Both the position numbers and the translations under genes were made by a program. A stretch of 59,846 nucleotides of DNA, counting the filler, from Malassezia furfur (lineage: Eukaryota): assembly GCA_052055015.1 (NCBI GenBank). It is 4 parts of 4 records of this genome, joined end to end, with 100 filler letters (N's around TTAATTAATTAA, not from the genome) between each part and the next. Parts side by side here need not be neighbours in the genome. Positions count along the whole stretch, not along the records: positions 15,108 to 30,109 come from JBQJIT010000280.1; positions 30,210 to 45,011 come from JBQJIT010000281.1; 2 more parts are not named here. One strand, 5' to 3'. Positions 22,382 to 32,742 of this stretch are shown piece by piece. The notes below the pieces were generated by a model. The model saw nothing but the letters and a program-made list of their open reading frames with translations, made no database searches and was not told where the DNA came from. Each line of letters opens with the position of its first letter. The stretch's first letter is position 1.

Positions 22382-22924
22382 CTAGGCACGACTGGTTGAC
22401 GACTTCCCCCAGGACTGAATGCCGGGCATGCCTTTCCTTGGGCCGCGTGGGGGGTTTTCGTGTCGCTCATACTCTGTGTCCGGTTCGTCGTCCGAGCTAT
22501 CGTCACGGTCCGTCCGGCGGACCGTGCGTGACCGCTTGGCCTGCGTCGGGCGGACCAGATCGCTCGACTTCTTCTTGAGCCCACGCAGGGCAGGGAAGGA
22601 GGCCGGCTTGGCCGCCTCAGGCATAGCGGGCATAGCGTCAGATGTACCGGAAGGCGCACTCGCTGGCGGTTCGCCTCCGGTCTTGGATGGCGTGCGCCGC
22701 CTAGGCGTGAAGCTTTTCCGCTTCTTGGGTGCTCGCTGCTCCATGTCGTCGTCCTCTTCAGCGCGCTTCTCTGCCGACTCGTCCTGGTCCACTCGCGGAA
22801 GCCGCGAAACATGCGAAACGCGACTGCGTTGTGACCCGGTCCGGACTGGTAGCTCAAACTCCTCGATGAAACTCGACTTGGTCGTGTTGGAGGAGATCAT
22901 CTGGACTGACTCGGCATGACGCAT
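22382..22924 (-). CDS. Hypothetical charged low-complexity protein (about 180 aa)
   Basis: ORF fills the space between CPS copy 3 (convergent, 15 bp) and the next gene; basic clusters PKKRKS and LKKKS; no recognised domain. Confidence 0.5.
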   Translation of the reverse strand: MRHAESVQMISSNTTKSSFIEEFELPVRTGSQRSRVSHVSRLPRVDQDESAEKRAEEDDDMEQRAPKKRKSFTPRRRTPSKTGGEPPASAPSGTSDAMPAMPEAAKPASFPALRGLKKKSSDLVRPTQAKRSRTVRRTDRDDSSDDEPDTEYERHENPPRGPRKGMPGIQSWGKSSTSRA

Positions 22925-22992
22925 CGCTTGCGCGCGGACTGCGCTTGGGCACCGAGCCGCTCGATACGGCCCCGGCAAGTGCCGTGCAGCTC

Positions 22993-23772
22993 ATGGAGGA
23001 GTGCGATATGCATGCGCTGCATGCATCAGTATGGCACGCGCCCCGGATCGCCATGTATGCGCCGAAGCGCAAGCCTACGCTGGCCTATCTGGTAAAAATG
23101 GGCGCGCTCCTCCGTCGGGAACGGAGCCGCTGGCACCCGTTTGGGGTGATTCTGACCGGCACGTCACTGCTGTGGTTCCGAGATGCGAACAGCATTCCCG
23201 TGCTCGAGTCGCAGATTACGCACGCTCGCGCGCACCATCTTGATCTCACGTTTGCGTTGCATCCGGACGAAGTGACGCCACTGAATGAGGCCATGTGCTA
23301 CGAGGAAGATGACGCGCTGTGCCTGAGCCTCACACGGCGGCGGTTATGGCTCCGGCCGCAACCAGATGCACCCGCCTGGCTGGCGTCAATCAATTATGTG
23401 GCCGGACTTGTTGCGCACGGGCTCTACTGGGACGACCTAGTGGCGACGGGCGTGCGCTGGCAATGTACTCTGCTGCACACCGTCGGCAGCGAACTCCATG
23501 TGGATGCTGCGCTGCACCCCACCGAGCGCATGCCGAGCGACGTGGCGATGCGCGCGCTGGCCCAGGGCGAAGCGCGGCGCAGTGCGCTTGCTGACGAGAA
23601 TGCTGAGCAGCTACGGCAGGCGCACCATTATGCCCTCCTGACCCCCATGCAGCGCGCCACGCGTGAGAAACTCGAGCAAGCACAACAAGAACTCCTTCAT
23701 ACCCTCAACGATACGCATTGGGAACTCGCCGTATTGGCGTGCCGTCTGCAGGTCCTGACGGCTGTCATATAA
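22993..23772 (+). CDS. PH-like domain protein
   Basis: LVKMGALLRRERSRWHPFGVILTGTSLLWFRD and WLASINYVA resemble PH beta1-3 and the C-terminal helix; helical tail HYALLTPMQRATRE. Confidence 0.6.
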   Translation: MEECDMHALHASVWHAPRIAMYAPKRKPTLAYLVKMGALLRRERSRWHPFGVILTGTSLLWFRDANSIPVLESQITHARAHHLDLTFALHPDEVTPLNEAMCYEEDDALCLSLTRRRLWLRPQPDAPAWLASINYVAGLVAHGLYWDDLVATGVRWQCTLLHTVGSELHVDAALHPTERMPSDVAMRALAQGEARRSALADENAEQLRQAHHYALLTPMQRATREKLEQAQQELLHTLNDTHWELAVLACRLQVLTAVI

Positions 23773-23782
23773 TGTACAATAG

Positions 23783-25100
23783 CTAGCGACGTCTACCACG
23801 CTTTTTCGGCAGCTGCTCCGCCTCGTCGTGGAACAGCTGCGCCAGTTCGTCGTCGCGCACGCACAGCGCATGCACACTTTCCATGTGCCTGCGCAGGTCG
23901 TACAGCCGCGCGAAGCGCGCCGCGCAGGGGGTCTCGGTGCCGTCACCCGCGAGTTGGTCCCAGGGGCATGGAAAAATGCGCTCGCGGACTGCGCGCCGCC
24001 GCTTATCGGTAGCCAGCAGCGGTCCGAGGTACGGCAGGGATGCATCTGGTTCCGAGGTCAGTTCTTGTTGGTGTGCACGGCGCATGTGTTGGCGCAACAG
24101 GTGCTTGTAGCCGTATCGCTGCCCACACGCGTCGCACACAAACGGCTTCTCCTGCCGATGGACGCGCGCGACGTGCACTTTGAGCGCATAAGGGCTACTC
24201 AGTATCCGGTCGCACCCGTTCCACGTACAGCGCCAGCTTGTCTCGTCGGAGTCGGGCGCCCTCGGTTCGTCGTCCATGCTGTACGCCGCCTCGTCGGCAT
24301 CCTCATGGTCGTCGACAACCTGTCCCTTTCGCACACGGTCGTCCCGCTCGTGGATGCGCATGTGCTTGCGTAGGTTTTCGCGGCTCGCAAAGCTCTGCGC
24401 ACACTCAGGGCGGGGGCACTGCGGTGGATGACACTCGCGCACATGCTTTTGGAGCTCGAGCCAGGTCGAAAAGGTCACAAGTTCGTCGTGTGGCTGCGTG
24501 CACATGTACCGCGTCTGGTCATGGACACGAAGATGCTGTTGGCGTTTGGTATATGTGGGGAATCGACGCGTACAGCCCGGGTGCGTGCAAGGAAATGGGT
24601 TGGGGTCCTGTGCATCGGCGTGGACTTGGCGCAGATGCTGCCGGAGGTGCTTGCGCTTCGGGAAGAGGCGCTCGCACTCGGTGCATCGGTACAGCCCCGA
24701 CGTTGCGCCCCCGCCAATCTCTTCCAGCTCGTGCGGTGTGATGCCTTGCACCGCTTCATTGCTCGCATGACACGAAACGATATGGCGACGGAGATGTTGT
24801 GCGGTCCAGAATGCCTTGTCGCACCTGTATGTGCACGGAAATGGTTTCTCAGCTGGGTCCATGTGTGATCGCGCGTGTGCCGTGAGGTGCGTCGCGCGCA
24901 TGTACGCCGCGCCACATCCGGGGTGGGGGCAAGGATACGGCCGCTGCGTGAGAAGTGCACCAACGTACTTCGCCTGTATGAGACCGTTGGTGTTCTATGA
25001 GTCGGGACTCTTTCCTATACGCTTTTCCGCACCCCACGACATCGCATATCCAGAACGCGCCCCGCTCGGACGCGCCCGTCGCCTCCGGCGACGTGGCCAT
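23783..25100 (-). CDS. PZF1: Transcription factor IIIA-like multi-C2H2 zinc-finger protein
   Basis: About 10 C2H2 fingers; finger 1 (CDVVGC...HQRSHTGE) is joined to RPYPCPHPGC over 25-nt intron 24944-24968. Confidence 0.75.
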
Positions 25101-25130
25101 GGTCTGTGCAGGGAAAGGTGGGATCACGTG

Positions 25131-26718
25131 CTAACCGAGCTTCGCTTGGACAAACGCCTCTGGAACGCTGGGTGAGCGGGGGCACACGTACAAGTTGGCT
25201 TCGATGCGTTGCCCGCCAAAGTAACGACCGTGAAGTGCATTGCGCGCCCGTTGGGCATGCTCAGCACGGTCGAACGATACGTAGACCTCGCCGTCGGGAC
25301 TATCCTTCTCGACAAACACGTGCCGGACCGGCCCGTACTTCTCGGCTTCCATGCGCACATCGTCGCGCAGCTCGTTCGCCCAATCGCCCGTTTCCCTGCA
25401 CGGTCAGTGTATGCACATACTTGGCCGGGTCAAACATGTACTTGAGCAGCAGCGCCGCGCTAGTCGCACGAGGAATTGAGGTGGGGCGCGCCCTGTGTCA
25501 GCATGTTCGTACGTACGGCTCCTGGGACTGTGGGTCGGTACGCGCCAGCTTTTCCATCAACGCGATGCGCTTGTCCGCCGAGTTAACGCCACCACCGCCA
25601 CCCTCGTCAAAGCGCGTTGTGAGCGGCGCACCGCCCCGTTCGCGGCCACCACCGCCGGAGATACGTGCCTTGGAGGTGCTCACACGCATTTGGCGGCCGG
25701 CCAGCTCAAACCCGTTCAGCTGTTCCGTCGCACGGTGCGCATCGTCGGCGCTCTTGAACTGCACAAAGGCAAACCCTTTGCTCTTGCCCGTTGCGTGGTC
25801 ATAGTACACTTCGGCTTCCTCAATCTCGCCGAACGGCTCAAACACGGCACGGACCTGCTCCGAACCAATGTCGTAGTGCAAATTGCCCACGTACAGACGC
25901 GTCGACGTACCGGCCTGCGGCGGCGGCGGATGACCTGATCCGCTGCGTGGGCGTGGGCTGGGCGCGCGCGCATGCCCCTCCTTGGGGATCAGGTACAAAT
26001 CCGACGTCGCATGGAATCGCGCGCCATCGGCGCTCTGAACCGTGATGGGCTGGCCAAACATGGTGTGTCCGTTCAGCGCATTCGCTTTGTACAGCAGCTC
26101 AGGCGATGTGAGCTCGACAAACGCCGTATGCGTGTTATTCCCAGTGTGGTAATCGTACACCAGCTGCACGAAGGCAACCGTGTTCTTGCCGAGCGCCTCC
26201 TCAAAGAACTCACCCAAGTCGCGCTCGCCCACCTGCGGCGGGAGCTGCGAGCAGAAGACAGAGCGCGCCTCGTAGTCGTCCGCACGGCTGCCACCGCGCG
26301 CACCCGGTGGGCTCGCACTACGACGACTAGTGTCACGGCGAGGCTCATCGCGACGGAACGAGTCGCGACGGTAGTCGTCGCGGCGGTGGTCGTCGCGGCG
26401 GTGGTCATCGCGGCGATAGTCGTCGTAGCGGTCGCGCTCATAGTGGTCGCGCGGTGGCAGTGCATCACGACGTCCATAATCGCGAGCGCGTGCATCGCTG
26501 TAAGGGTCGTCGCCACGTCGTCGCATCGTGCGACTATCGTGACGTCCTGGCGAGCGGGGAGACGCCGAGTCGACCCCGTCGTGCCGCCGCGATTCGACCG
26601 CACGACGCCGGAGCTGCTCCTGCAACTCGCGCTCGCGCTCCGCCAGGTCCGGCCGCGGGGCACCGCGCGCGCCCGCGCCCGGCGGGCCGCGCAACGTCTC
26701 CTCCCTGTCGGCGTACAT
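25131..26718 (-). CDS. RBM39/Rsd1-like splicing factor (RD-rich N-terminus, 2 RRM + UHM)
   Basis: YEARSVFCSQL, RLYVGNLHY, KSKGFAFVQF, IALMEKLAR, LLKYMFDPAKE...ELRDDV; introns 25493-25516, 25396-25420, 25168-25191. Confidence 0.88.
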
Positions 26719-26763
26719 GGTGAAAGAAGGAAGGGGCCTCCCACGTGATAAAAAGCAAAAAAA

Positions 26764-26852
26764 TGGACACGACGGGATTTGAACCCGCGACCTACCGCTA
26801 GTGCGCTGCTGCGTATGCAAAGCGGACGTGGTAACCACTCCACCACGCGCCC
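26764..26852 (-). tRNA. tRNA-Ala(UGC) with a 16-nt intron
   Basis: Acceptor GGGCGCG/CGTGTCC with the G3:U70 Ala identity pair, D-stem GTGG/CCAC, anticodon TGC, T-arm GCGGG-TTCAAAT-CCCGT, downstream T-run. Confidence 0.9.
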
Positions 26853-26855
26853 AGA

Positions 26856-28562
26856 CTATACCAGTTTCGGCGGGGACATGGTCCTATCAAGGGGTGCGGC
26901 CGGGACGACGCAGCAAAACGACGTCGCGTCGGCCAGTAGCAGCGTATGCCCGTCGGGCGACCAGGTGAGCCGCGTTGCACTAAAATGCTCTGTATGAGCA
27001 ATGTAAGACGCACCATTCGGAATCGCGATCGCCTCCGCGGATTGCTCGCCCGTGCCTTGGGTAGAGTAGAGGTATACGGCACTTTGGCCCGACACGATCG
27101 CCAGCGTTCCGTGTTGATCGGGCTTCCACGCAAGCGAGTAGATGGGGGAAGAGAGGATGAGGACCGCATGGAGCGAGAGGTGCGCATCGATGCTGCGCTC
27201 GGCGAGGCCCTCGAAGGTATAGACAAACACCGTGCTGGGCAAAGCCTCGTTGCGTGCCGCGAGAAGGCTACCTTCGCCGTTCCATTCGAGCCAATACGCA
27301 CCACTTTTCAGCGAATCATCCTGGCGGGGCGTGGGGGGGTCGACAGGTAGCTCATCGCGCTCGAGAGACACGATCCCCTGGCCCTGTGTCGCCTCGAACC
27401 ACCGCCGCGGCTCGCGCCAGACCACCGCCGAGGCATGCTGGGCGGCGAGTGCAGCGCGATGCATACTGAGCACAAACACCTCAGACCAGTCATCGCTCGA
27501 CAAGATGCGGATACGGGCATCGTAGCCGCCCACGGCCAAGAACGTGCTCAGGGGGTGCCATGCGACGGTGCGCACGCCCAGACCCCCGCCAGCAATGCGT
27601 GCGGAGAGTGCGTGGCTCGTGCGCCGCGATGTGCTTAACGTCTGCCACGAAGAACCGGTCCGCGAGGCGCGCATCGGTGTCCGCCGAGCACGGCTTGCGC
27701 TGAGCGGACGCTCGGCGAGCACAGCCCGTGCCTCGTCGGGTGCAATGGCAATCTCAGACGCGGGCCGATCGCTGTCGGCATCGATGGCGAGCGTCGCAAG
27801 GTGCGTACCTGCTAGCGAGTAGAGGCACACGCGATACTCCAGCTCGTAGTCCCACACAGCGACGACCTTACCATCCGGGCTCCAAGCAACGCCCGTGGGC
27901 TCAGTGGTGTGCAGGGTAATGGCCTGCGTCAGCATGCCGCATACCTTGTGCAAGTTCCAGGTCACTGGCTCGTCCATGGATGGTGCATCGGTGGACGCAG
28001 GCGTATAAAGCGCGAGGGCTGCGTGCGTTCGCTCGCGCTGTACGAGGCACAAGACTTCCTGGGAGGTGTGCGGGAACACTGTGTGAGCGAGTTGATACGT
28101 ACCTTTGGGCAACACAGTGTGGGGAAATGCCGTAAAAGCCTGGTCAGCGAGCGAATAGAGCACCGCGCCGGTGTCGCGTGTAAACTGCATCACCGAAGGC
28201 ACGCGCCAGACAGGCACCCACTGTGCGTGTTCGACGCCAGCAACCCCCCCCGCAATGCGCGCAACCCATCCCTGGTTGTCGTCAGACCCATCGGTGACGC
28301 CTGCGTCTGGGTCGAGAGGCAAGACGAACGACACGCCCTGTCGCCCGTACGCGCTCACGAGCAAAAATAGGCCATCGGGCGACCACGCGAGCGATTGGAG
28401 GGCGGACGCGAGGGACCAGGTGCGCACGACCTGCAGTGTACCCGTGACGCGCACCACCACTTCGCTTCGGTGTGCGCCATCAACGTACGCGAGGAAGGTC
28501 GACCCCGGCGAGAAGCGCACCGTCTCGCTCCCCGCATGGGCGTACGCCTCGGTAAAATCCAT
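26856..28562 (-). CDS. WD40 protein WRAP73/WDR8-like
   Basis: MDFTEAY...FSPGSTFLA, WSPDG repeats, GLGVRTVAWHPLSTFLAVGGYD; three likely in-frame introns (28079-28102, 27924-27944, 26990-27013). Confidence 0.78.
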   Translation of the reverse strand: MDFTEAYAHAGSETVRFSPGSTFLAYVDGAHRSEVVVRVTGTLQVVRTWSLASALQSLAWSPDGLFLLVSAYGRQGVSFVLPLDPDAGVTDGSDDNQGWVARIAGGVAGVEHAQWVPVWRVPSVMQFTRDTGAVLYSLADQAFTAFPHTVLPKGTYQLAHTVFPHTSQEVLCLVQRERTHAALALYTPASTDAPSMDEPVTWNLHKVCGMLTQAITLHTTEPTGVAWSPDGKVVAVWDYELEYRVCLYSLAGTHLATLAIDADSDRPASEIAIAPDEARAVLAERPLSASRARRTPMRASRTGSSWQTLSTSRRTSHALSARIAGGGLGVRTVAWHPLSTFLAVGGYDARIRILSSDDWSEVFVLSMHRAALAAQHASAVVWREPRRWFEATQGQGIVSLERDELPVDPPTPRQDDSLKSGAYWLEWNGEGSLLAARNEALPSTVFVYTFEGLAERSIDAHLSLHAVLILSSPIYSLAWKPDQHGTLAIVSGQSAVYLYSTQGTGEQSAEAIAIPNGASYIAHTEHFSATRLTWSPDGHTLLLADATSFCCVVPAAPLDRTMSPPKLV

Positions 28563-28747
28563 CGGGGGGTGGAGGGACGCGCGCGAAGCGCCGGGGCCGC
28601 GGGAACGTGCGACCCCCCACGTGCTGTGGCAAGGCTGATTTAATTCACGCACGTTCGCACGCGTACGGCGGTTGGGGCACGGTGTTGCCTGATTGCGTCT
28701 GGGTTTTCTTTGTTTGAGGAGGTGCTTGCTCGCCCAGTCCTACCACG

Positions 28748-30109
28748 ATGCGTCCTGAGAAGGACGTCGCCCTCCAGGCGGTGTCATATCCCTATCCGAC
28801 GGACCGCAAGCGGCGTAAGCTGCGTGTTGCGATCGTAACAGGTGCGCTCGCTCGTTCGCTGACGCCCAGAAAACTTCCTGCCGAAGATTGATGGTGTGAC
28901 ACGTACGCTTGCGCGCCTACTGGAGCACCTGCATGCCGAGGGAAATGAGGCGCTTGTGCTCGGCCCGGACACGGGCCTTACCGAGTACTCGGGCCACCCT
29001 GTCGTCGGCACGTTTGGCTTCCCGCTGCTCGTGTACCCCGGCCTGAAGCTCAACTTTCTGCGCCTGCGTTTCGTCCGGCGCCTGCAGCAGTTCCGCCCGG
29101 ACGTGGTGCACTTTGTTGACCCGATCTGGCTCGGCGTGCAGATGATGTGGGTCGTCAAAAAGATCCTGCCTGACGTGCCGTGCGTGTCGTCGTACCACAC
29201 CAACCTGCCGACGTACGCGTCGCTGTTCGGCCTGCCATTCATCGAGAACATCATGTGGAAGATGATCCGCGCGCAGCATGACCAGTGCGACATTGTGTTT
29301 TGCCCGAGCGAGTCGACGCGTCGCATGCTCCTCGACAAGGGCTTCCGCAACGTGGAGATCTGGAGCCGCGGTGTGGACACGCAGCTGTTTAACCCCGGTG
29401 CGCGCGACGAGAACTTGCGTGCAAGCTGGGACTGCAAACCCAAGAGCCAGGCGCTGCTCGACACGCTGCACGACCAGGCGGCAAGCCGCAAGCTCGATGA
29501 GGGCGATACGTTTATCCACACGCCCGAGAGCCTTCCCGCGCTGTCGCCCTACCTCAGCCCGCCGCCAGCGTACGAGAGTCTGAGCGATCTTCCTCCGCTC
29601 ACGATGCCGTTTGCGCTGCCGCCGCCCGTCGTGGCGAGTGCCGACCCACGCAGCGCCGCACAGGATGCCAACAGCAAGGCCGTCGTGCTGTACGTCGGGC
29701 GCATCAGCTGGGAAAAGAACATTCGGCTGCTCATCGAGGCGTTCCGCCTGCTGCCCGCGGGCGTACGTGACAACGCCAAGCTCGTCATTGTCGGCGATGG
29801 ACCAGCGCGCGGCGAGCTCACGCGGCTGTGCGCGCGCTACGGCCTGGACGCCGCGTTCATGGGGCACCAGAAAGGCAAGCGCCTCGCGTCCATGTTCGCG
29901 AGCAGCAGCATCTTTGCCTTCCCGTCGTTCACCGAGACGTTTGGGCAGGTCGTGCTCGAGGCGCTCGCATCCGGCTTGCCCGTCATCGGCCTGCACGCCG
30001 AAGGCACATCGGACCTCGTGTGCCACGGCACGACCGGCCTGCTGCTCGACGTGCAGCGCGTCGTGGCGAATGCGTCTGGCGCCGCTCGCGCGTCGGCGGC
30101 TGCGGCGCC
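28748..30109 (+). CDS. Glycosyltransferase family 4 (SQD2/MgtA-like), truncated by contig end
   Basis: RVAIVT|ENFLPKIDGVTRTL (28-nt intron 28842-28869), SSYHTNLPTY, WSRGVD, YVGRISWEKN, FPSFTETFGQVVLEALASGLPVI. Confidence 0.88.
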
Positions 30110-30209
30110 NNNNNNNNNNNNNNNNNNNNNNNNNNNNNNNNNNNNNNNNNNNNTTAATTAATTAANNNNNNNNNNNNNNNNNNNNNNNNNNNNNNNNNNN
30201 NNNNNNNNN
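30110..30209. other. Artificial contig linker
   Basis: N44-TTAATTAATTAA-N44. Confidence 0.98.
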
Positions 30210-32149
30210 GGCGCGCCGTGCGCCTCGGCGATGCTCCGCGCGGGGCTGCTCGGCGGGCGCTCGTCCGGCTGCTCCTGGATGCGCCGCAGTAGCACCAGCA
30301 GCGACTGCGAGTCGCCACGCGGCGCACCGGCCAGGCCGTCGGCACGCGCATGCTTCGCGCGCGCGTCCAGCTCCGTCGCCTCCTGCATCTGCCGCGCGCG
30401 CGCCGCAAGCAGGGCCGCGGCCGCCGACCGCTGCTCCTCGGGCGCACGCTCGTCGTCTGGCCGCGCCGCACGCGGCCACAGGTCGGCACGCGCGGCATGC
30501 ACCGCCGCGTGCGCCGACTGCTGCTGCTGCTGCAGACGCCACAGCGCATCGGCGTTCATGCGCTCGGTGCGTGCGTCGTCGCGTACGTCGAGTTCCGCGT
30601 CAAACGGATTGAACGCGCCCTTGTACGGGATGTAGCCCGCAGCGTCGCCGTCGTCGCCACGCATGTCGTGGGCAAACATCGTGCCGAGCGACCCGAGCGA
30701 CGAGCTGCGCGCCGTGGACGGCGGGCTCGGACTCGCCTCGCTCAGCTCGGGCAGGTGGAAGGAGAAGTCGCCTTCGTGCAGCGTCGCCAGCGTCCAGTCA
30801 AAGTCGGGGAACACGCTCGGCTGCTCGCGCCCATCCTGGCGCCGCGCGTGCAGGTCGTCCAAGAGCTGCTGCGCATTCGCCGACGGCTTGTACGACGAAG
30901 CGCCCGACGCGTCGGCTGCCGTGCTTGCCGCCGCGGGCTTCGGCGAGCGCACCGGCGTGGCGGCGGTGGCGTCGTCCGCCTTGGCCTCCACATCCTCCTT
31001 GCGCGCCTTCTCCTTCTTGGGCGCGGGCCGCGGCGAGTCGGTGGCGCGCGGTTTGGCGCTCGGCTTGGCAGGCGTCGCAGGCTTGGCCTTGGGCGAGTCC
31101 TTGTGCGCGGCCAGCCCCGGGAACGCGGGGACGTCGCGTGCCTCGACGTGCGCCATCGGCTTGCCCGACGCCCACAGCGCCGTGCGTGGCAATGCGCTCC
31201 CCTCGCCGTTCTCGACGGCATGCGCTGCAGCAGCCGCTGCGGCCGCCGTCTCGGCTTGCACCTTTTTGGTGATGGGGTTGAGATGCATCGACGCCGGCTT
31301 GATCTTGTGCTCGGTGTCCTTGGCGGCGTGGCGCAGCGTCGCCAGGTCCTCTTTCGTGAAGCTGTCGGCCTCCTCTCCGGGCTCGTGCAGGTAGGTGCAC
31401 CCGGGGTTCGAGCACGGCAGGTTACGCAGGTATGCCGTGCAGTACTTGGTCGTGCCGTAGCTCGCACGGATGATGCGTCCATCCGGCTCCTTGCTGCCGT
31501 CGATCGCGACAATGGCGCGCGCCGCGTCCTCCTTGTTCTGGTAGGTAACGTACACGCCGATCGACGGTTCGTGTCCGTTGCCAAACTTGTGCGAGGAGGT
31601 GCGCTTGCTGATCAGGATCTTGGCCACCCGCCCGTACTGCCCAAAGTAGTCGGCGCTCTTCAGCGTCGGGATGAATTCTTCGCGCGCAAACTTGGGCGAG
31701 AGGCCCACGACGTACACAAGGTTCTTTTGCACCACCCGCATGTTCGACAGGTGCTTGCGGTTCGTCGCTTCCATCTCCTTCTTCTCGCGCTCGCGGTTCT
31801 TTTTCGCATTGGTCAGCAGCAGGATCTCTTCCGTGGACATCGCCTTGAACTCGATCGCCTGGTCAGAGTACTTGCGCCGGCACGCAGGGCACCGACCATT
31901 CAAGTTCTGCTTGATGTGGTGCCAGCAGAAGCGGCAGATTTGGTAGCCACACGGACACGGTTTGAAGTTGGCGTCCGAGATGTCGATTTCTTCCAAACAC
32001 AGCGGACACTCGTTTTCGTCCCCATCATCGGACCAGTAGGTATCTTGCCCATGCTTTCCTGAACCATTAGATACACCATACATACCATGATCACTCGCCA
32101 CAGGGGGCGGTGGCGCGTGACCGCCCGTCGTCCCTGTCCGTCGAACCAT
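30210..32149 (-). CDS. NOT4: CCR4-NOT E3 ligase NOT4/MOT2 (3' end truncated by contig end)
   Basis: C4C4 RING CPLCLEEIDISDANFKPCPCGYQICRFCW...CPACR, RRM RVVQKNLVYVVGL, YGTTKYC...CTYLHEPG; probable in-frame 27-nt intron 32059-32085. Confidence 0.93.
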
Positions 32150-32225
32150 CGTGCGGTGGACGAATGTGGGTGTGCGACAGAGCGCGACGTAAACATCGGC
32201 CGAAGAGCCACGTGCTGCAACGACC

Positions 32226-32742
32226 ATGGCCGCCGGCGGGATCCACAGTGAGTGGGGCGCCAGGCAGCGCGTACTCACCCAGCGGTTATATTCCTCTCGT
32301 TCGTGCTCGCACTCGGGTTCTTGCTGGTGATTCTGTCATGCTCGCTATGGGCGAACTGGGTGCCGTTCTGGTCGAGTACGTCTCGCGCACTCACACAGCC
32401 GTCGCATTCGTGTTGGCCCCTGCACCCAACGCCCTCTTCGGCGGACTCGCGGGCGCCGACAGCTTCTCCGACTTTAACAAGTGCGTAACATGGTGGAATG
32501 GTGCTTACGCAGCGCATACATTGACTTTGGCAACTTTTTGACGGGCGCGCTCGTCACGACCGGCATTGCGGTGCCCGTGCTGCTGGCGCACACGGGCATT
32601 ATCACGATTGCTGCGGCGGGCATGTCGCTCGCCGGTGGCCTGCTCATCTACGGCACCAGTGCGTACAGTGCACACTACGCAGCTAACCCCAGTGATCACC
32701 TACGCGGCCTTCTTCCATACCCCTGATGACGACGATTTCTAA
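32226..32742 (+). CDS. VPS55: Vacuolar protein sorting 55, 5 exons
   Basis: Introns 32248-32282, 32376-32398, 32481-32512, 32659-32692 give MAAGGIHTVIFLSFVLALGFLLVILSCSLW...FVLAPAPN...DFGNFLTGALV...GGLLIYGTMITYAAFFHTPDDDDF*. Confidence 0.9.

Noticed and set aside
26320..26445. Repeated 15-nt units in the RBM39-like gene
   Set aside because: They encode the RRDDH/RRDDY low-complexity RD domain; not a CRISPR array or mobile repeat.
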